This document shows positions 37,411 to 40,285 of a stretch of DNA of 40,285 nucleotides, piece after piece. The translations under genes and the position numbers were made by a program. The notes beneath the pieces are model-generated. The model searched no databases and was not told the DNA's origin. It worked only from the letters and a program-made list of their open reading frames with translations. This stretch comes from Bigelowiella natans CCMP2755 (taxonomy: Eukaryota > Protista > Cercozoa): assembly GCA_000320545.1 (NCBI GenBank), contig ADNK01000400.1, positions 1-40,285 of the forward strand, given 5' to 3'. Position 1 is the stretch's first letter. Every line of letters begins with the position of its first letter.

Positions 37411-37910
37411 CTGAAATTTATATTTTTCAATTATGTGAGTAAATATACCCATATACTGTGGAACAACCCTTGGTGGTGGGGGAGGGGGAGGGGGAGGAAA
37501 CCATGAACCAATCACCTTACGGCGGGCTTCGGAGTTTTATCGGCGTATTAGTGTTCCCAGCACCGATCTGGCACCGGGATTTCCGATACTCAAAAACTAA
37601 AACGAAAAAATGAATCCTATTTAAACGATTAATAAGATAACACAGACCATTTTCCCCACTAAAGGAAGCACTTGCCGAGAAAGGTAAATCCCGGTTGTAG
37701 GAGGTTTGAATTTGGGAATTGTGAACTTCGTGATCGTTCATACGCCACTCTCTTCCTCGGGCGTTTTTTTTGTAGAGTGGGCAGCTTGACGTTGTCGCTA
37801 AACACGTATGTCCATCAGTTTTTGCAGCCGCGTTGAGTACGTGCCAGCTGACCCCCCCTCCCCCCCTCTTGATACGATCGTATTTCTAATCCAAAGGGGA
37901 TAACACAGAA
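37411..37910. promoter_or_regulatory. Putative bidirectional promoter/5'UTR region, RPS19 and shikimate kinase
   Basis: 500 bp between divergent ATGs, including a probable RPS19 5'UTR intron. Confidence 0.5.
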
Positions 37911-39531
37911 ATGAGACGGAGGATGTTTCGAACTTCAGTGCTGGGAGCAGTAATTTTAGGTGTCGCCTGCTTGGCAGGTGGGATTGGTGCTTTCAACGGC
38001 CTTCGGGAAACAGCAGGTCTTTTGTAGAAGGGAGGGTACTACGAGTAGAAGTTGCTCTATATATTCACCGGCTTGTGCACACGCTCATTATAGGCCAGCA
38101 TGTTGGACTGGCTCCAAGTGTGAGACGGATGTGTCAGCCATCTGCAACCATTGCGAAGAACCTCCCTATCCCCCGCTACCTTTCAAGGCGACAAGCCGGC
38201 AATACTCTACGAGTTGCTGCTGAGGAAGAGCTTAGAGGGGGTGAGGATGCTTTTTCGTCACAAATGCTGTAAATTATAAATTTTATACGATGTCATTTCC
38301 AGGCCCCTTGGATCCCACACTTCCTGATCAAGTGCTCGAGGTCGGAACATTATTAGTCTTAGCACGAAGAAATCCACCAATACATGTACATGATTGATGA
38401 AAAAGGGATTTGGACTAACTCAACATTGATTTTTTTGGGCTGCATATAGCTTGCACAAAAGTTAGAGCCACGATTGAAAGGTAGCGCAGTGTACCTCGTC
38501 GGGATGATGGGAAGGTGACCCCCTACATGTTAACGTACTCGGGTATTGGTTGAAACACGCTTTGTTTCTTCAGCGGGAAGACAAACGTTGGACGCATACT
38601 GCACAACAGCTTGAAGTAAGATAGCCATATTTGTTGTGGGGGGATGGTTACAATATTCCGGGCATGGAAGCAGGGAAGCCGCCATCATTGCCTTCATTGA
38701 TTCTTTGTATCGTCTCATGGACTAAATATCAGCAGTCATTCTGGGTCAAGCTATAAAAATTTGAAAGAATAGTGACATCCACCATCATCGCTATGCACCA
38801 TTATAAATATGGTCGTCATCAATACCAGGTACACGTTCTTTGATACTGATGAGCTAGTGGAGACGGTCACAGGAAAGAGCGTCAGCGAACTATTCAAGGA
38901 GGAGGGGGAAGACTTCTTCAGGTCGTTATTCTTGTCGTAGAATGAGAAGAAGAAGATAATGAAGAACAACAAGCATAAAAATCATCTCGCGAAAAAACGA
39001 AGAAGGAGGAAATCGTATAAATACTTACGCGAACTTCGATAATCTAATTACCCAACGCAATCAGGACGATGGAAGAAGAAATCCTGCAGCAGCTTAAGCC
39101 GTACACTCGCATAATGGTTGCTACAGGGTACTACGTCCAATTGAGAGTAGAAACAGCAGAGAAGATAACGAGAAGTTGTAGTACGTGTATGAATTGGTAG
39201 CAGTAGTTCTGGTCTTTTCTCATGCTGCTCCGTTAAATAAAAACAACCAGTTTTCTCAACATCTATGACTCCCTTATTCTGCCTCCTCCTCCTCTCCTCT
39301 TGCTCCCGTTTCGTCACGTCCCGTCACATACATCACAGGGGAGGGGTTGTGAAGAGTATGAAGAACTGGGACGCCATGAGAAACGGCCTGGTGGTGTGGC
39401 TCGATGCCCCTACTTCCCTCCTTGCGGTACGACACACAGCTGCTGCCTACCGCAATAGGAAATTGCAAATCGCAAATGTTGTTGACCATGATGCTTCTTC
39501 ACCTCTCTCTCTCTCTCTCTCCCTCTTTCTC

Positions 39532-39604
<73 letters not shown>

Positions 39605-40285
39605 GTGTGTGTGTGTGTGCAAGTGCGCGTGTATGCATGCATTAGCTTGCTCGAATATAAAAGGTGCGGACCAGCAACTAACATCTCAAAATGTGAGAAG
39701 ATAGGTGGGATGTGCAATGACTCATTGGGCTATCACTTAATAGGAGAGACTGGAGGGCGAAGAGCAGAAAGACAGACCGCTGCTGGACCTTTCATCAGAC
39801 GCGGGGGTGAGTATAGAGCAATAATAACCTGTAAGGGTGATGACATTTAACGATGATGATGAGTGAGGAAAAGTAAATATTCTCTTCTGTGATGATGGAA
39901 TGACGCAGCATCTTATTTGTAAATGGTTTTTTACATCGTCGATCCTATTTGGAACAAACAAAGAAAGAAGATATGGCGGGGAAATGAACGATCACATGCT
40001 TGTACGTAGTAGGCGAGCATGCCTCCCTCTATTTAGTTTATCTCTCATTCCGTCTCTTATCTCTGTCGGCGTAAGTCTCATTCGAATATCTCTTTTCAGG
40101 AGGAGGGGGCTTTGGAAGATAAACTTGCGACAATTCTCCAGGAAAGGTGGTTTTCCCTGAGAAGAAGCAGCAGCACAAAATAATATACGAGGAGCCTTCG
40201 CTGCTTTGCTGTTGATGAGAACATTAAAAGCTAGAGATCAAGCTGTTGAATTATTTACCTTAATACTACACACGATATTATCATC
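37911..40285 (+). CDS. aroK: Plastid-targeted shikimate kinase; 3' end outside window
   Basis: Signal-like MRRRMFRTSVLGAVILGVACLAG. Spliced motifs VYLVGMMGSGKT (Walker A), YTFFDTDELVE, FKEEGEDFFRTME, VATGGGVV, NWDAMRNGLVVWLD, DRPLL, ILQER. Confidence 0.93.

Noticed and set aside
1-40285. CRISPR arrays, prokaryotic operons or defence systems, rRNA and tRNA genes
   Set aside because: Sequence is spliceosomal-intron eukaryotic DNA; no repeat-spacer array or structural RNA gene recognised by eye.

Overview
Eukaryotic nuclear DNA, gene-dense and intron-rich, with microsatellite-filled introns. Most short ORFs in the supplied track are repeat artefacts. I spliced 11 genes by hand. In order: an ASCH-domain protein (+, 5' end outside the window), TFIIH p52/Tfb2 (-), a DUF1995+SAP protein (+), Yop1/REEP5 (-), a METTL7-like SAM methyltransferase (+), a GT77-like glycosyltransferase (-), uroporphyrinogen decarboxylase (+), an intronless RS-domain/2xRRM protein (+), a HAD-like phosphatase (-), RPS19 (-) and shikimate kinase (+, 3' end outside the window). 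Five proteins carry signal-peptide plus transit-peptide-like leaders, which points to an alga with a secondary plastid. A chlorarachniophyte-like organism is my inference, not proven. The most striking structure is architectural: genes sit mostly in head-to-head pairs, and the gaps downstream of gene 3' ends contain a distinct, non-repetitive DNA class strongly enriched in CTAG/GCTAGC/TCTAGA that still retains CpG. Other highlights: a leader-bearing SR-like RNA-binding protein with a ubiquitin-like RLRGG motif, and a host-type UROD with a plastid-type leader and substitutions in conserved motifs. All exon models and motif counts are manual.
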